Assembly: GCA_963736255.1 (NCBI GenBank)
Contig: CAVTOI010000003.1
Span: 1,684,400 to 1,748,399 of the forward strand
Origin: Candidatus Aminicenantes bacterium
Lineage (GTDB): Bacteria; Acidobacteriota; Aminicenantia; Aminicenantales; Saccharicenantaceae
DNA length: 64,000 nt
Direction of reading: 5' to 3'
Below, piece by piece: positions 39,679-50,180 of the stretch (within the stretch, counting starts at the first letter, position 1; every line of letters starts with the position of its first letter). Under the pieces are notes generated by a model that saw only the letters and a list, made by a program, of their open reading frames with translations, was not told where the DNA came from and made no database searches. Made by a program: the position numbers and the translations under genes.

Positions 39679-42116
39679 ACGATCTCCTGGCCGGGCCGTG
39701 TCTCGAGCTCGATCATCCCCTGCCGGGGAAGAGCGCTCGACGGGTCCGCGCCGGTGACCTTGACCTCGCGCGCGGCGAAGGGATCGGCCAGCCGCAGCCG
39801 CCCACCCGCCTTCGAACGGACCCGGAGCTCGACGATCCGTCCCCCGCTCCAGTCGGCGTCGAGCTCGAAGCCGCCCCGGGCGCATAGCCCCTTGAACCGG
39901 CCCTCGGCCCAGGCCGCGGGCAGCGCCGGGAGGACCTGGATGAAGCCCCGATGGGACTGGACGAGCATCTCGGCGATGCCGGCCGTCCCGCCGAAGTTCC
40001 CGTCGATCTGGAAGGGAGGGTGGGTGTCGAAGAGGTTCTTGAGGGTCGATCTCCGGAGGAGCGTCAGCAGGTTCCGGTGGGCCGTTTCGCCCTCGAGCAG
40101 CCGCGCATAGAAGCTGACGATCCAGGCCCGGCTCCAGCCGGTCTGGCCGCCGCCATGCTCGAGCCGGCGGGCGATCGTCCGGCGGGCCGCTTCGAAGAGC
40201 TCGGGCGTTTCGGGCGTTATCTGGGCCAGGGGGTAAAGGGCCAGCATATGGGACATGTGGCGATGCCCGGGCTCGGCCTCGTCGTAGTCCCTTGATCCAT
40301 TCACGGAGATTGCCGTGCTTGCCGATCTGGAGGGGCGGCAGCTGCTTTTCGAGCTCTTTCAGCCGGGCGGAGAATTCCGCGTCGACACCGAGGATCCCGG
40401 CGGCGCGAATGCAATTCTCGAACAGGGCCCGGGCGATCTCGACGTCGATCGTCGCGGCGTAGGTCAGCGATTCCGGCTTTGCCCGTCTTCGGGTCGATGT
40501 AGGCGTTCTCCGGCGAATGGGAGGGCGCGGTGACCAGCCAGCCGTCGGGGGACGGGACGAGGAAGTCGGCGACGAATTCGGCCGAGCCCTTCATGATCGG
40601 GTAGGCGACGTTCGCGGAGAAAGGCCGTGTCGCCGGTGAACTCGTAGTGGTCCCAGAGAGGGAAGGTCATCCACGGTCCGGCCATGGGCGAGACGCCCCA
40701 GACGCCGTCGGCGACGCCGGTCCGTCCGAAGGGGTCGGTCAGATGGTGGAGGGTCCAGCCGCGGGTGCCGTAGGTCTTGCGGGCCGTCACGGCGCCGGGG
40801 ACGGTCAGGCGGCCGACGAAGTCCGCCAGGGGTCCGACGGTCTCCGGGAGATTAGTGACTTCGGCCGGCCAATAGTTCATCTGCAGATTGATGTTGGTGT
40901 GGAAGTCGGAATTCCAGGCCGCCTCGAAGTCCTGGTTCCAGATCCCCTGGAGATTGGCAGGAAGCGACGGCCGGCCGGCGCGACGAGCCCATGAGCAGGT
41001 AGCGGCCGTACTGGAAGTAAAGGGCCGCCAGGCCCGGGTCCCCGCCGCCGGCCTTGACCCTCTCGAGCCGTTCGTCGGTCGGCAGGCCGGAGGCGTCCGG
41101 CGAGCCGCCGAGGTCGAGGGAGACGCGATCGTAGAGCGCCCGGTGTTCGGCGATGTGGCGGTCCCGGAGCTCCCGAAAGGAGAAGCGCCGGGCCCGGGCC
41201 AGGGTCTCGGCGGTCTTCGCGACCGGGTCGGCGCCGGCGTCGAAGTCGAGCCGGGCCGGGTCATAGTCCGTCGCCGCCGCCAGGAGGATGGTCACCTCCC
41301 GCGCGCCCTTGACACGGACGGCGTCCCCGTCCGCCTTAACGCGTCCCCCTTTGGTGCGCACGCTGAGCGAAGCCGCGAATCGCATGTGCTCGCCCCCGGG
41401 CCCGCTGAGAGGATCCGCCTTGTCGGCGATGCGGCCGGAAAGGACGATCCCGTTGCGGGAGATCGTCCGGACCGTGGCGTCCCTGGCCCTGGTCAGGCGA
41501 ATGGTCCCCGTGATCCCGGCGCCGCGACCGGCCGCTATCCCGACGGCCAGGACATCGTCCGTCGCCGAAGAGAAGACCTGCCGCTCGATCACGACGCCAT
41601 CCGGCGTCTCGCAGACGACCGAGGCGATGCCGTCCCTGAGATCGAGGTCCCGCTCGTACTCGGCTCCCGCCCGGACGTCCTCGAGATCGATGAGAAGGTC
41701 GGCCAGCGGCTGGTAGGACCTTATCCGTGGCGGCGTTCCGAGCAATGACTTTTCGGCCAAGGCCGAGGCCCGGGCGTGATCGCCCTCGAAAAGGGCCTGC
41801 CGGATGAGGGGTAAGGCCTCGAGGGCCGCCGGGTTGTTGTTGTCGACGGGCGAGCCGGCCCAGACCGTCTCTTCGTTGAGCTGGAGCTTCTCGTGTCCGG
41901 AGTACCCGAAGACCATGGCCCCGAGCCGGCCGTTCCCGACGGGAAGGGCTTCGTCCCAGTCGGCGGCCGGCTGGCGGTACCAGAGCCGGTCCGGACCGGC
42001 GATCCGGCTCATCCCCGTGGTGCCCGTCGGATCGGGCGAGCAGGCGCCGAGGCAAAGGAGCAGCGCGGCGAGGGCAAAACAGGGAGTAGCGAGAAGGCGG
42101 CAGGGTTTGGCGTTCA
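39624..42116 (-). pseudogene. GH95 alpha-L-fucosidase-like lipoprotein gene broken by at least three frameshifts
   Basis: The N-terminal GH95 domain (LWYRQPAADWDEALPVGNGRLGAMVFG), the middle (SLPANLQGIWNQDFEAAWNSDFHTNINLQMNYWPAE) and the C-terminus (DYDEAEPGHRHMSHMLALYP...) lie in three different frames, ORFs 40852..42507, 40464..41264, 40301..40594 and 39624..40304. Confidence 0.75.
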
Positions 42117-42176
42117 TGGCCTCGTTATAACGCCGGCATCCAGGGGTGTCAATCAAGGCGGAGGGCGACAATATTA

Positions 42177-43304
42177 TCAGTCGAGCTTCTTCTGGAAGCG
42201 GGCGACGCTCAGGGCCAGGATGAGCGTCCCCAGGACCATGAGCGCCGCGGCCTGGGGCCAGAGGTGCCGCCAGCCCGCCCCCTTGAGCATGATGCCGCGG
42301 ATGATGACGAAGAAATAGCGGAGCGGGACGATCGTCGTCACCGCCTGGAAGAACTTGGGCATGTTCTCGATGGGAAAGACGAAGCCGCTGAGCATGATCT
42401 GGGGCATCATGAAGAAGAGCGAGGTCAGCATGGCCTGCTGCTGGGTCCGGGAGATCGTCGAGATGAAGAGGCCGACGCCCAGGGTGTTGAGCATGAAGGC
42501 CACGCACAGCGCGAAGAGGAGCGGCACACTGCCCCGGACCGGGACGCCGAACCAGCCTCGGGCTACGGTGATGACGAAGGTCGCGTCGACGAGCCCGATA
42601 AGGACGAACGGCAGGAGCTTGCCGATGATGAGCTGGTACGGACGGACCGGCGTCACGATGAGCTGCTCCATCGTCCCCGCCTCGCGCTCCCGGACGATGC
42701 CGATCGACGCCAGAACCGTGGTCATGATCATCAGGATGAGGCCGAGGACGCCGGGGACCATGAAGTTCCGGCTGCGCAGCTCCGGGTTGTACCAGACCCG
42801 GACCTCGGCCTTGACCAGCACCGGCTTCAGGCCGAGCCCCCGGGCCCGCTCGAACGTCTCCAGGATGATCTTCTGGTTGTGCCGCGCCGCGATCATCGTT
42901 CCGTAGTTGACGCCGATCGACGCCGACTGGCTCTCCGAACCGTCGGCGATGAGCATGAGGGAGGCCCGCCTCCCCGCCGCGAGGTCGTCGCCGAAGCCTC
43001 TGGGGATGACGAAAGCCATGGCCGCGTGGCCGTTGTCGAGGTAGCGATCGATCTCGGCCATGCGCTCGACCCGGGCCGCGACCGTGAAATAGCCGGAATT
43101 CACATACTCGTCGATGAGCCCTCGGCTTTCCACCGATCGGTCCATGTCGCAGACGACCGAGGGGATGTTCTTGACGTCGAGGTTCGCGGCATAGCCCAGG
43201 AGGAGGAGCTGGAGAATGGGCGAGATGAAGATGACCGGAAAGAGCTTCGGGTCGCGGCGAAGCTGGAGGAACTCTTTCCAGAGTATGGACAGGATGGCCC
43301 TCAT
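42177..43304 (-). CDS. ABC-2 type transporter permease
   Basis: MRAILSILWKEFLQLRRDPK... six TM helices; start overlaps the upstream stop (ATGA). Confidence 0.8.
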   Translation of the reverse strand: MRAILSILWKEFLQLRRDPKLFPVIFISPILQLLLLGYAANLDVKNIPSVVCDMDRSVESRGLIDEYVNSGYFTVAARVERMAEIDRYLDNGHAAMAFVIPRGFGDDLAAGRRASLMLIADGSESQSASIGVNYGTMIAARHNQKIILETFERARGLGLKPVLVKAEVRVWYNPELRSRNFMVPGVLGLILMIMTTVLASIGIVREREAGTMEQLIVTPVRPYQLIIGKLLPFVLIGLVDATFVITVARGWFGVPVRGSVPLLFALCVAFMLNTLGVGLFISTISRTQQQAMLTSLFFMMPQIMLSGFVFPIENMPKFFQAVTTIVPLRYFFVIIRGIMLKGAGWRHLWPQAAALMVLGTLILALSVARFQKKLD

Positions 43305-44438
43305 GCGGCCCTCCCCGCCTGCCGCCGTCCCCGCTCGCCGCCCCGGCGGAGCAGGATCACGCTCAAGGCCAAGGTCGACGCGGCGAACGCGGCGAGCAGG
43401 AGCATCTGTTCCCAAAAGGCCTGAAGCCCGGCGCCCTTGAGGATGACCGACCGCAGGACGACGAGAAAATACCGGGCCGGGACGAGATAGGTCACGGCCT
43501 GGACGGCCATGGGCATGTTCCGGATCGGGAAGACGAAGCCGGACAGGATGAAGGTCGGCAGGATCGTCGTCAGGACCGAGAGAAGGAACGCGACCTGCTG
43601 GGTCCGCGTGAGGGCCGAGATGAGGATGCCCTGGCCGAGCCCGGAGATGAGGAACAGGACCATGCCCAGCAGCAGAAGAAGATAGTTGCCTTTGACCCCC
43701 ACGCCGAAGAGGACCCAACCGAGCCCCAGGACGAGATGGGCCGAGAGCGAGGGAGATCACGACGTAGGGAACGAGCTTGCCGACGATGAGCGCCGAGGCC
43801 GGCAGGGGCGAGACGGCGATCTGTTCCATGGTCCCCCGTTCTTTCTCCCTGACGATGGAGAAGGCCGTCGATGTCGTCAGGATGACCATGAGAATGAAGG
43901 CCATCAATCCGGGCAGGAGGAACCGGGCGCTCTTGAGCTCGGGGTTGTACCAGACGCGGACCTCGGTCGCGAGGGGAAGCGTCACGCTGCCCGCCCCGCG
44001 GCGCTCCAGCGCTTCGAGCGTCGTCCGCTGCGAGTAGCTCTGGAGGATGGCCGCCGCGTAGCCCGCGGCCGTCGTCCCGCTCATGGCGTTGGCGCCGTCG
44101 AGGAGGAACTGGACCGAGGGGCTCCGCCCGGCCAGGAGGTCCTCGGAGAAGGTCGCCGGGATAACCAGCGCGGCCTTGATCTTCTCCCGGGCCATGAGGT
44201 CGTCGATGTCCCCGGTCCGGTCAAGCGTCGCCTTGACGTCGAAATACTCCGTCGTCCGGAACTTTTCGGCCAGCTCCCGGCTCAGGCGGCTGCCATCCAG
44301 GTCGACGACGGCCAGGGGGACGTGCTTGATGTCGAAGTTCAGGGCGAAGCCGAATACGATGAGCAGGAAGGCCGGGATGAAGATCATGAAGACGAGCGAG
44401 CGGCTGTCCCTCCTGATCTGGCGGATCTCCTTCCGCAT
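43301..44438 (-). CDS. ABC-2 type transporter permease with an apparent frameshift near 43735
   Basis: The N-terminal part (MRKEIRQIRRDSRSLVFMIFIP...) is in the frame of the 1084-aa ORF. The C-terminal TM helices (...GNYLLLLLGMVLFLISGLGQGILISALTRTQQ...) are in the frame of ORF 43301..43702. Confidence 0.6.
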
Positions 44439-45431
44439 GACCGGACCGATGAAGGCGTGAGGCGCGGTCTTCACGGCGCCGCCTCCGCGCTCGCCCCGTC
44501 CCGGGGTCTGTTCCTCGATCTTGTGAATGAAGACGTCCTCGAGCGACGGGACGATCCTGTCGATCCGGTCAGGCGTGATGCCTTTCGCGGCCAGCCGCTC
44601 GCGGATGAGCCGGCGGCCCTCCTCTTCGTCCGCGACGCCGACGTGAAGGGCGGTCCCGAAGATGGACGTCTCCAGGACCCAGGGCTCCTTCCGGAGGATC
44701 GCGAGGGCGTCGACGGCCCGGTCCGTCGCGACCTCGAGGATGGGATTGCGGATGACCTCCTCCTTGAGCTGGCGCGGGCTCCCGCCGGCCACGATCCGGC
44801 CGGCATGGATGAGCCGGATGTCGTTGCAGTATTCCGCCTCGTCCAGGTAGTGGGTCGTGACGAAGACGGTGACCTTCCGTTCGGAAAGCTCGTTGATGAG
44901 CTCCCAGAAGCGGCGGCGCGAGGCCGGGTCGACCCCGCCCGTGGGCTCGTCGAGGAAGACGATCTCAGGCTCATGGAGGACGGCGCAACCGAGCGCCAGC
45001 CGCTGCTTCCAGCCGACCGAGAGCGTTCGCGTCAGGCTCCGCTCCCGTCCCTCGAGCCCGGCCAATTCGAGGACCCAGGCGAGCCGCGCCTGAATGGCCT
45101 TGGCTGCGAGCCCATAAATCCCGCCGAAGAAGCGGATGTTCTCGAGAACGGTCAGGTCCTCGTAGAGGGAGAACTTCTGGGACATATAGCCGATCACCCG
45201 TTTGACCTTCTCGGGCTCGCGGCCGACGTCGAACCCGCCGACCGTGGCCGTCCCCGAGGTCGGGTCGAGCAGGCCGCAGAGCATACGGATCGTCGTCGAC
45301 TTGCCCGCCCCGTTGGCGCCGAGGAAGCCGAAGATCGCGCCGCGTCGGACGTCGAAGCTGACGGAGTCGACCGCCGTGAAGCCGCCGAACATTTTGGTCA
45401 GCGACTTGACGGTGATCGAATGGTCGGGCAC
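44439..45431 (-). CDS. ABC transporter ATP-binding protein; no in-frame stop before the permease (fusion or frameshift)
   Basis: Walker A GANGAGKST, signature LSVGWKQRL, Walker B IVFLDEP. A TGA in the adjacent frame lies 8 codons before the permease ATG. Confidence 0.75.
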
Positions 45432-45458
45432 GATCCTCTCCTCCGCTCTCCCCTGCTC

Positions 45459-46793
45459 TCAAACCCCCAAAGCCTTTTCCAGCCGGGCCTGAGCCAGGAC
45501 CTGGTCGATCGCGGCCTGGGTCCGGCCGAGCTTGGCCTGGAGGAGAGCCACTTCGGCGTCGAGGACGTCCGCGCTCAAGGCGACGCCCTGCTTGAATCGC
45601 TCGCGTGTCACCCGGAGGTTCTCCTCGGCCTGGCCGACGGCCTGGCCGGCGACGCGGACCTTCTCTCCGGCACGGGCCAGGCTCAGCCGGCACTGCGTGA
45701 TCTCGAGAACGGCCTGGTCCTCGAGGGCCTTGCGGGCGTCGTGGGCCTGGCCCAGCCGGGCCTCGGCCTGTTCCGCCTGGCGCTTCGTCTGCCCCCAATT
45801 CCAGACGTCGAAGGATACGGAGACGCCCACGTCCCAGGTCCCTTTGAAGCGGTCGAGGGCGGGCAGGAAGCGCGGGTTCGGACGCAGGTAGTAATAGTTG
45901 CCGGTCAGGAAGACTTGAGGATAGAAACCGGACCGGGCCGCCTTGACTCCCTGCTCGGCGGCGTTGATCCTGAACTCGGCCGATTTGATCTCCGGGCGCC
46001 TCGTCAGCGCCGTCTCGACCGAGGAGACCTCTGCGATCCCGGCGTCCTCCGGGAGCCGCGACGCCTGGCTCTCGACGGGCGTCGTCAGGTCGACGTCGGC
46101 ATCGAGCGGCAGGCCGATGAGGCTGACGAGCCCGGTCAGCGCGATCTCGGCCGCGTTGCGGGCGTCGATCCTCATGATCTCGGCGTTTGAAAGCTCGAGC
46201 TCGGTCCGAAGCACGTCGTTCCTGGTCACCAGGCCCTGATCGAAGAAGGCCCTGACGTCCTTAAGGTGCTCGGCGACCTGCCGGACGTTCTCCTCGATGA
46301 CCTTCTCGAATTCCCTGGCCCGGGCCAGGCCCCAATAGGCGTTCTTGAGCGCAAAGACGAGCTCGGCCCGGTCCTTGGCGAGGTCCTGGCCGGCCGCGGC
46401 CTCGAGCATCCGGGCGGACCCCTCGCCGGCCTGAAGCCGGAAGCCCATGAACAGCGGCTGCTGGACGCCGAGGCGCAGATTGAAATTGTTGAAATAGCTC
46501 TGCGAGACGACGACCGGGTTGGGAGAGATGGGCAGGGTCACCTGGAAGTCCGGCACTTCGCTCAGCCTGGTGTAACCGCCGCCGAGCTTGAGCGCGGGCA
46601 GGCGGCCGGCGGCGATCTCCCGGGCGTTGGCCGAAGCCGCTTCGAGCTTCAGGCGCGAGGCGTGGAGCCCCGGGCTCGACTCGAGCCCGGCGGCCAAGGC
46701 CTCCTCCAGGGACAGCGGCTTCTTCTGGGCACCCGCCGTGACCGGCAGGGCCAGAGAGATGGCGACGGCAAAGGTGAGGATCCTTTTGGTCAT
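45459..46793 (-). CDS. TolC-family outer-membrane efflux protein
   Basis: Signal peptide plus two OEP repeats; 444 aa. Confidence 0.85.
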   Translation of the reverse strand: MTKRILTFAVAISLALPVTAGAQKKPLSLEEALAAGLESSPGLHASRLKLEAASANAREIAAGRLPALKLGGGYTRLSEVPDFQVTLPISPNPVVVSQSYFNNFNLRLGVQQPLFMGFRLQAGEGSARMLEAAAGQDLAKDRAELVFALKNAYWGLARAREFEKVIEENVRQVAEHLKDVRAFFDQGLVTRNDVLRTELELSNAEIMRIDARNAAEIALTGLVSLIGLPLDADVDLTTPVESQASRLPEDAGIAEVSSVETALTRRPEIKSAEFRINAAEQGVKAARSGFYPQVFLTGNYYYLRPNPRFLPALDRFKGTWDVGVSVSFDVWNWGQTKRQAEQAEARLGQAHDARKALEDQAVLEITQCRLSLARAGEKVRVAGQAVGQAEENLRVTRERFKQGVALSADVLDAEVALLQAKLGRTQAAIDQVLAQARLEKALGV

Positions 46794-47722
46794 GAAAGGC
46801 CTCCGGAGGATTCAGTGGTGATGGAGATGAAGACGTTCTCGAGGGACGGCGTGAGGCGACGTTCCGCGAGGACCGGGATCCCGGCCCCGGCCAGGGCGGC
46901 TTCGATAAAGGGGATTTGCGCTTCGGGATCGTCCACGACGACGTTCAGGCGGTCCCCGAAGAGCTGGACCTCACGGATGCCGGGAAGGGTCTTGAGGATG
47001 CCGAAGGCCCGGCGGATCTCCGGGCAGACGATCTCGACGACCGTCCCCCGCATCAGGGCCTTGACAGCCTGGGGCGTATCCGCGGCGATGAGCCGCCCGC
47101 CGGCGATGAGCCCGACCCGCGACGACCGCTCGGCCTCGTCCATGTAAGGCGTGGACATGACGATCGTGACCCCGTCTTTGAGAAGAGCCGAGAGGATGGC
47201 CCAGAAGTCGCGCCGCGAGACCGGGTCGACGCCCGTCGTGGGCTCGTCGAGGAATATCAGCCGGGGCGTGTGGACGAGAGTGCAGGCCAGGGCCAGCTTC
47301 TGGCGCATGCCGCCCGACAGGCGCTCGGCCAAGCGGCCGCGGAAAGGCGTGAGCCGGGTGAACTCGAGCAGCTCCTCGCGGCGCTTGCGGAAGTCCCGGA
47401 CGAGGTGGATCTCGGCGAAGAACTCGATATTCTCGTCGACGGTCAGGTCGCCGTAGAGGCTGAATTTTTGCGACAGGTAGCCGATGCGGTTCCTGATCTC
47501 CCCGGCCTGCCGGACGAGGTCATAGCCCAGCACCGTGGCCCCGCCCGCCGTCGGCGGCAGAAGGCCGCAGAGCATGCGGATCGTCGTCGTCTTGCCCGCG
47601 CCGTCCGGTCCGACGAGCGAGAACATCTCCCCCTCGCGGACCTCGAGGTCGAGCGAACGGACGGCTTCGACGGACTCGAAGCGCTTCGCGAGTCCGCGGG
47701 TTTCGACGGCGAGCGGGCCCAT
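46790..47722 (-). CDS. ABC transporter ATP-binding protein
   Basis: Walker A GPDGAGKTT, signature LSGGMRQKL, Walker B IFLDEPT. Confidence 0.85.
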   Translation of the reverse strand: MGPLAVETRGLAKRFESVEAVRSLDLEVREGEMFSLVGPDGAGKTTTIRMLCGLLPPTAGGATVLGYDLVRQAGEIRNRIGYLSQKFSLYGDLTVDENIEFFAEIHLVRDFRKRREELLEFTRLTPFRGRLAERLSGGMRQKLALACTLVHTPRLIFLDEPTTGVDPVSRRDFWAILSALLKDGVTIVMSTPYMDEAERSSRVGLIAGGRLIAADTPQAVKALMRGTVVEIVCPEIRRAFGILKTLPGIREVQLFGDRLNVVVDDPEAQIPFIEAALAGAGIPVLAERRLTPSLENVFISITTESSGGLS

Positions 47723-47736
47723 GCCTTGGCGCCCTG

Positions 47737-48714
47737 TTAGCGCCCTTCCGGAGCGGGCCGGAGGACCGCATCGGCGGGCAGGCCCGGCTTGAGCAGCCCG
47801 TCCTTGTTCCCGATCTCGACCTTGACCCCGAAGACGAGCTTGACCCGGTCCTCCTTCGTCTGGACATTCTTGGGCGTGAACTCGGCCTCGGGCGAGATGT
47901 AGGTGATCTGGCCCTCGAAGGGCCTGTCGGGGAAAGCATCGATCCTGATCTCGGCCGTGTCACCGAGCCGGACGCGTCCGAGCTCCTTCTCGGTGACATA
48001 GATCATGACGTAGACGCTGTCAAGGTCGGCCAGGGTGAGGATGGTCGACCCGGGCGTCACCAGCTCGCCCGCCTCGAAGGCTTTGTGGGTGACGATGCCG
48101 CCGGCGGGGGCCGTGACGGTCGAGTCGGCGATCGTCTTGGCCAGGAGATCGGCCCCGGCCCGGGACTGGGCCAGTCGGGCTTCGGCAGCCTGGATCTCCT
48201 CAGGCCGGGCCAGCCGGCGGACCTTGCTCAGCGCTTCGGCGGCGCCGCTCTGCTGGGCCGTGGCGACAGTGAGCCGGGCCTCGGCGTCATCGCGCTGCTT
48301 CGACGTCACGCTCCCCGTCGCGAAGAGCTCGCGCATCCGGCGGGCGTCGTCCGCGGCGGTCTTGAAGGCCGAATCGGCCTGCTTCAGCGCGGCTTCCGCC
48401 TGCCGGATGTCCTCGCTCCTCGCCCCTTTGACGAGGAGGGCCAGCTGGGCTTCGGCCAGACGGACGCCGGCCTCGGCTTGACGGAGCTGGATGTCGGCCG
48501 TCGCGTGATCGACCGTGGCCAGGATATCCCCGGGCTTGACCCTCGCCCCTTCATCGACGGCGAGCGTGAGGAGCTGGCCCGCGACCTTGGAGGCGACGTT
48601 GACCTCGACCGCCTCGATCGTTCCCGATGCCGTGATGACGGCCTTCTCCGACGGGGAGGAGCAGGCCAGGCCCGCTGCGGCGACAAGCGCGAGCGCCGCG
48701 ATCTTCATTCTCAT
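47737..48714 (-). CDS. HlyD-family periplasmic adaptor (membrane fusion protein)
   Basis: Lipoprotein-like signal (LACSS), coiled-coil and barrel-sandwich hybrid domains. Confidence 0.85.
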   Translation of the reverse strand: MRMKIAALALVAAAGLACSSPSEKAVITASGTIEAVEVNVASKVAGQLLTLAVDEGARVKPGDILATVDHATADIQLRQAEAGVRLAEAQLALLVKGARSEDIRQAEAALKQADSAFKTAADDARRMRELFATGSVTSKQRDDAEARLTVATAQQSGAAEALSKVRRLARPEEIQAAEARLAQSRAGADLLAKTIADSTVTAPAGGIVTHKAFEAGELVTPGSTILTLADLDSVYVMIYVTEKELGRVRLGDTAEIRIDAFPDRPFEGQITYISPEAEFTPKNVQTKEDRVKLVFGVKVEIGNKDGLLKPGLPADAVLRPAPEGR

Positions 48715-49397
48715 GACGCGCCCTCCTTTCGGGGCTCGAACAGGCCCGGGGTGCCGGACGAAAAATCGAGACGCCCCTTGTCCGTCAGCACGCCCTGGAA
48801 AAAGACCTTGATGACCGATTCGAACGTTTCGGTGGGGGTCCGCCCCGAGCGGAGCATCTCCGCGGGACTGACGAAGCCCTCGACGAGACGGATGAACATC
48901 GCCACCATCAGATCGTCGTCGACATCGCCCCGGAAAAGCCCCTGCTTATGGCCGTCCGCCAGGAAGGTCTTGAAGTTCGTGAGGAGCTTGTCGCGGCGGA
49001 AGTCCTCGATCTCGCGCCAGATCTCCGGGGCGCTCTTCTGGATGTCGCGAAAGAACACCGGGCCGAGCAGGGAGAGGCGGCCGCCGACGAACGCGAACAG
49101 CGCGACCAGTCTCTCGACAAGGCTCTGCTCCTCGTTTTCGATGATCGCGTCGACGCGGGCGACGATCTCGGCCATGAGGCCGCGGACGACCGCCCTGAGG
49201 ATGTCCTCCTTGCCGGCGAATTCCTTGTAGAGCGTGGCCTTGCTGACGCCGATCTCCGCGGCGATGTCGTCGGCCGTCACCCGGACGAAACCCCGGCTCA
49301 GGAACAGCCCCCGGGCCGCCTCGACGATGCGCGGCCGGAGCAGGGACCGCGCGGGGGCTTCCTGCTTTGAAACTATGGAAACTCTTTTGGTTTTCAC
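48711..49397 (-). CDS. TetR/AcrR-family transcriptional regulator
   Basis: HTH FVRVTADDIAAEIGVSKATLYKEF. The start may be a GTG inside the operator palindrome, so the 5' end is uncertain. Confidence 0.8.
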   Translation of the reverse strand: MKTKRVSIVSKQEAPARSLLRPRIVEAARGLFLSRGFVRVTADDIAAEIGVSKATLYKEFAGKEDILRAVVRGLMAEIVARVDAIIENEEQSLVERLVALFAFVGGRLSLLGPVFFRDIQKSAPEIWREIEDFRRDKLLTNFKTFLADGHKQGLFRGDVDDDLMVAMFIRLVEGFVSPAEMLRSGRTPTETFESVIKVFFQGVLTDKGRLDFSSGTPGLFEPRKEGAS

Positions 49398-49402
49398 AGT
49401 TT
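49370..49402. promoter_or_regulatory. probable TetR operator, imperfect palindrome AAACTATGGAAAC-N7-GTTTTCACAGTTT, next to a TATAAT box
   Basis: The two 13-nt half-sites match at 11 of 13 positions as reverse complements and overlap the 5' end of the tetR-efflux operon. Confidence 0.5.
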
Positions 49403-49494
49403 TATTATAGGCCCGGATCGCCCTTTGTCAAGCGCGTTCCCCATCCCGGTATCGACGGCCCGATCTGGTCCTGTGCTATCATGATGTCACCTCG

Positions 49495-50073
49495 ATGGAC
49501 GCAAAACCGCGGCTGTTCAAGACCAAGCAGGCCTGGCGGGCGTGGCTCGCTGCCAACCACGATAGATCCAACGGGATCTGGCTCGCCTATTACAAAAAGG
49601 GGAGCGGAAAGACTTCCGTTACGTACGAGGAGGCCCTGCAGGAGGCGCTCTGCTTCGGCTGGATCGACTCGTTGGTCCGGAGTCTCGACGAGGAGCGCTA
49701 CGCCCAGAAGTACACGCCCCGGAACTTGAAGTCCATTTGGTCGGCGGCCAACAAGGCCCGCGTCAGCAAGCTCATCGCCGAGGGCCGTATGTCCCCTCCC
49801 GGCCTGGCCAAGATCGAAGCCGCCAAGCGCAATGGTTCCTGGGACCGCCTCAACGACATCGACAGGATCGGCCGGGGCGCGGCCGTTCCCCCGGACCTTC
49901 TCGAGGCCCTGGGCAAGGTGCCCCGGGCCCGAGCCCTCTTCGAGGGACGGCCCCCGTCGGAAAAGAAGCTCTGGACTTTCTGGATCCTCACCGCGAAAAG
50001 GCCGGAGACACGGGCCCGCCGGATCGCGGAAACGGTCCAGCGCGTCCTGGCCGGCCGCCGGCCGGGGATATAA
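49495..50073 (+). CDS. YdeI/OmpD-associated family protein
   Basis: 192 aa; conserved ...ALCFGWIDS... core of the YdeI-like family. Confidence 0.7.
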   Translation: MDAKPRLFKTKQAWRAWLAANHDRSNGIWLAYYKKGSGKTSVTYEEALQEALCFGWIDSLVRSLDEERYAQKYTPRNLKSIWSAANKARVSKLIAEGRMSPPGLAKIEAAKRNGSWDRLNDIDRIGRGAAVPPDLLEALGKVPRARALFEGRPPSEKKLWTFWILTAKRPETRARRIAETVQRVLAGRRPGI

Positions 50074-50080
50074 AACGAGA

Positions 50081-50172
50081 GGGTCAAACCTACACCTTTT
50101 TAGTTTTTAGTTTTTTCCGGCCGGAATTCATCCAGTTGCCCGGCAAAAACTAAAAAGGTGTAGGTTTGACCC
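50081..50172. repeat. AT-rich perfect hairpin: 28-bp stem, 36-nt loop, termini GGGTCAAACCT / AGGTTTGACCC
   Basis: Arm 50081-50108 is the exact reverse complement of arm 50145-50172. It lies between the convergent ydeI-like and GH109-like genes, and its termini and CCCTTCTT flank match the hairpin at 7066-7169. Confidence 0.8.
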
Positions 50173-50180
50173 CTTCTTCC

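Noticed and set aside
42177-45431. Single 1084-aa fused ABC protein
   Set aside because: The ORF contains an ATPase, a permease whose middle is out of frame (its C-terminus is encoded by ORF 43301..43702), and a second permease with its own ATG overlapping a stop (ATGA). The continuity comes from the lack of stop codons, not from a real giant fusion.
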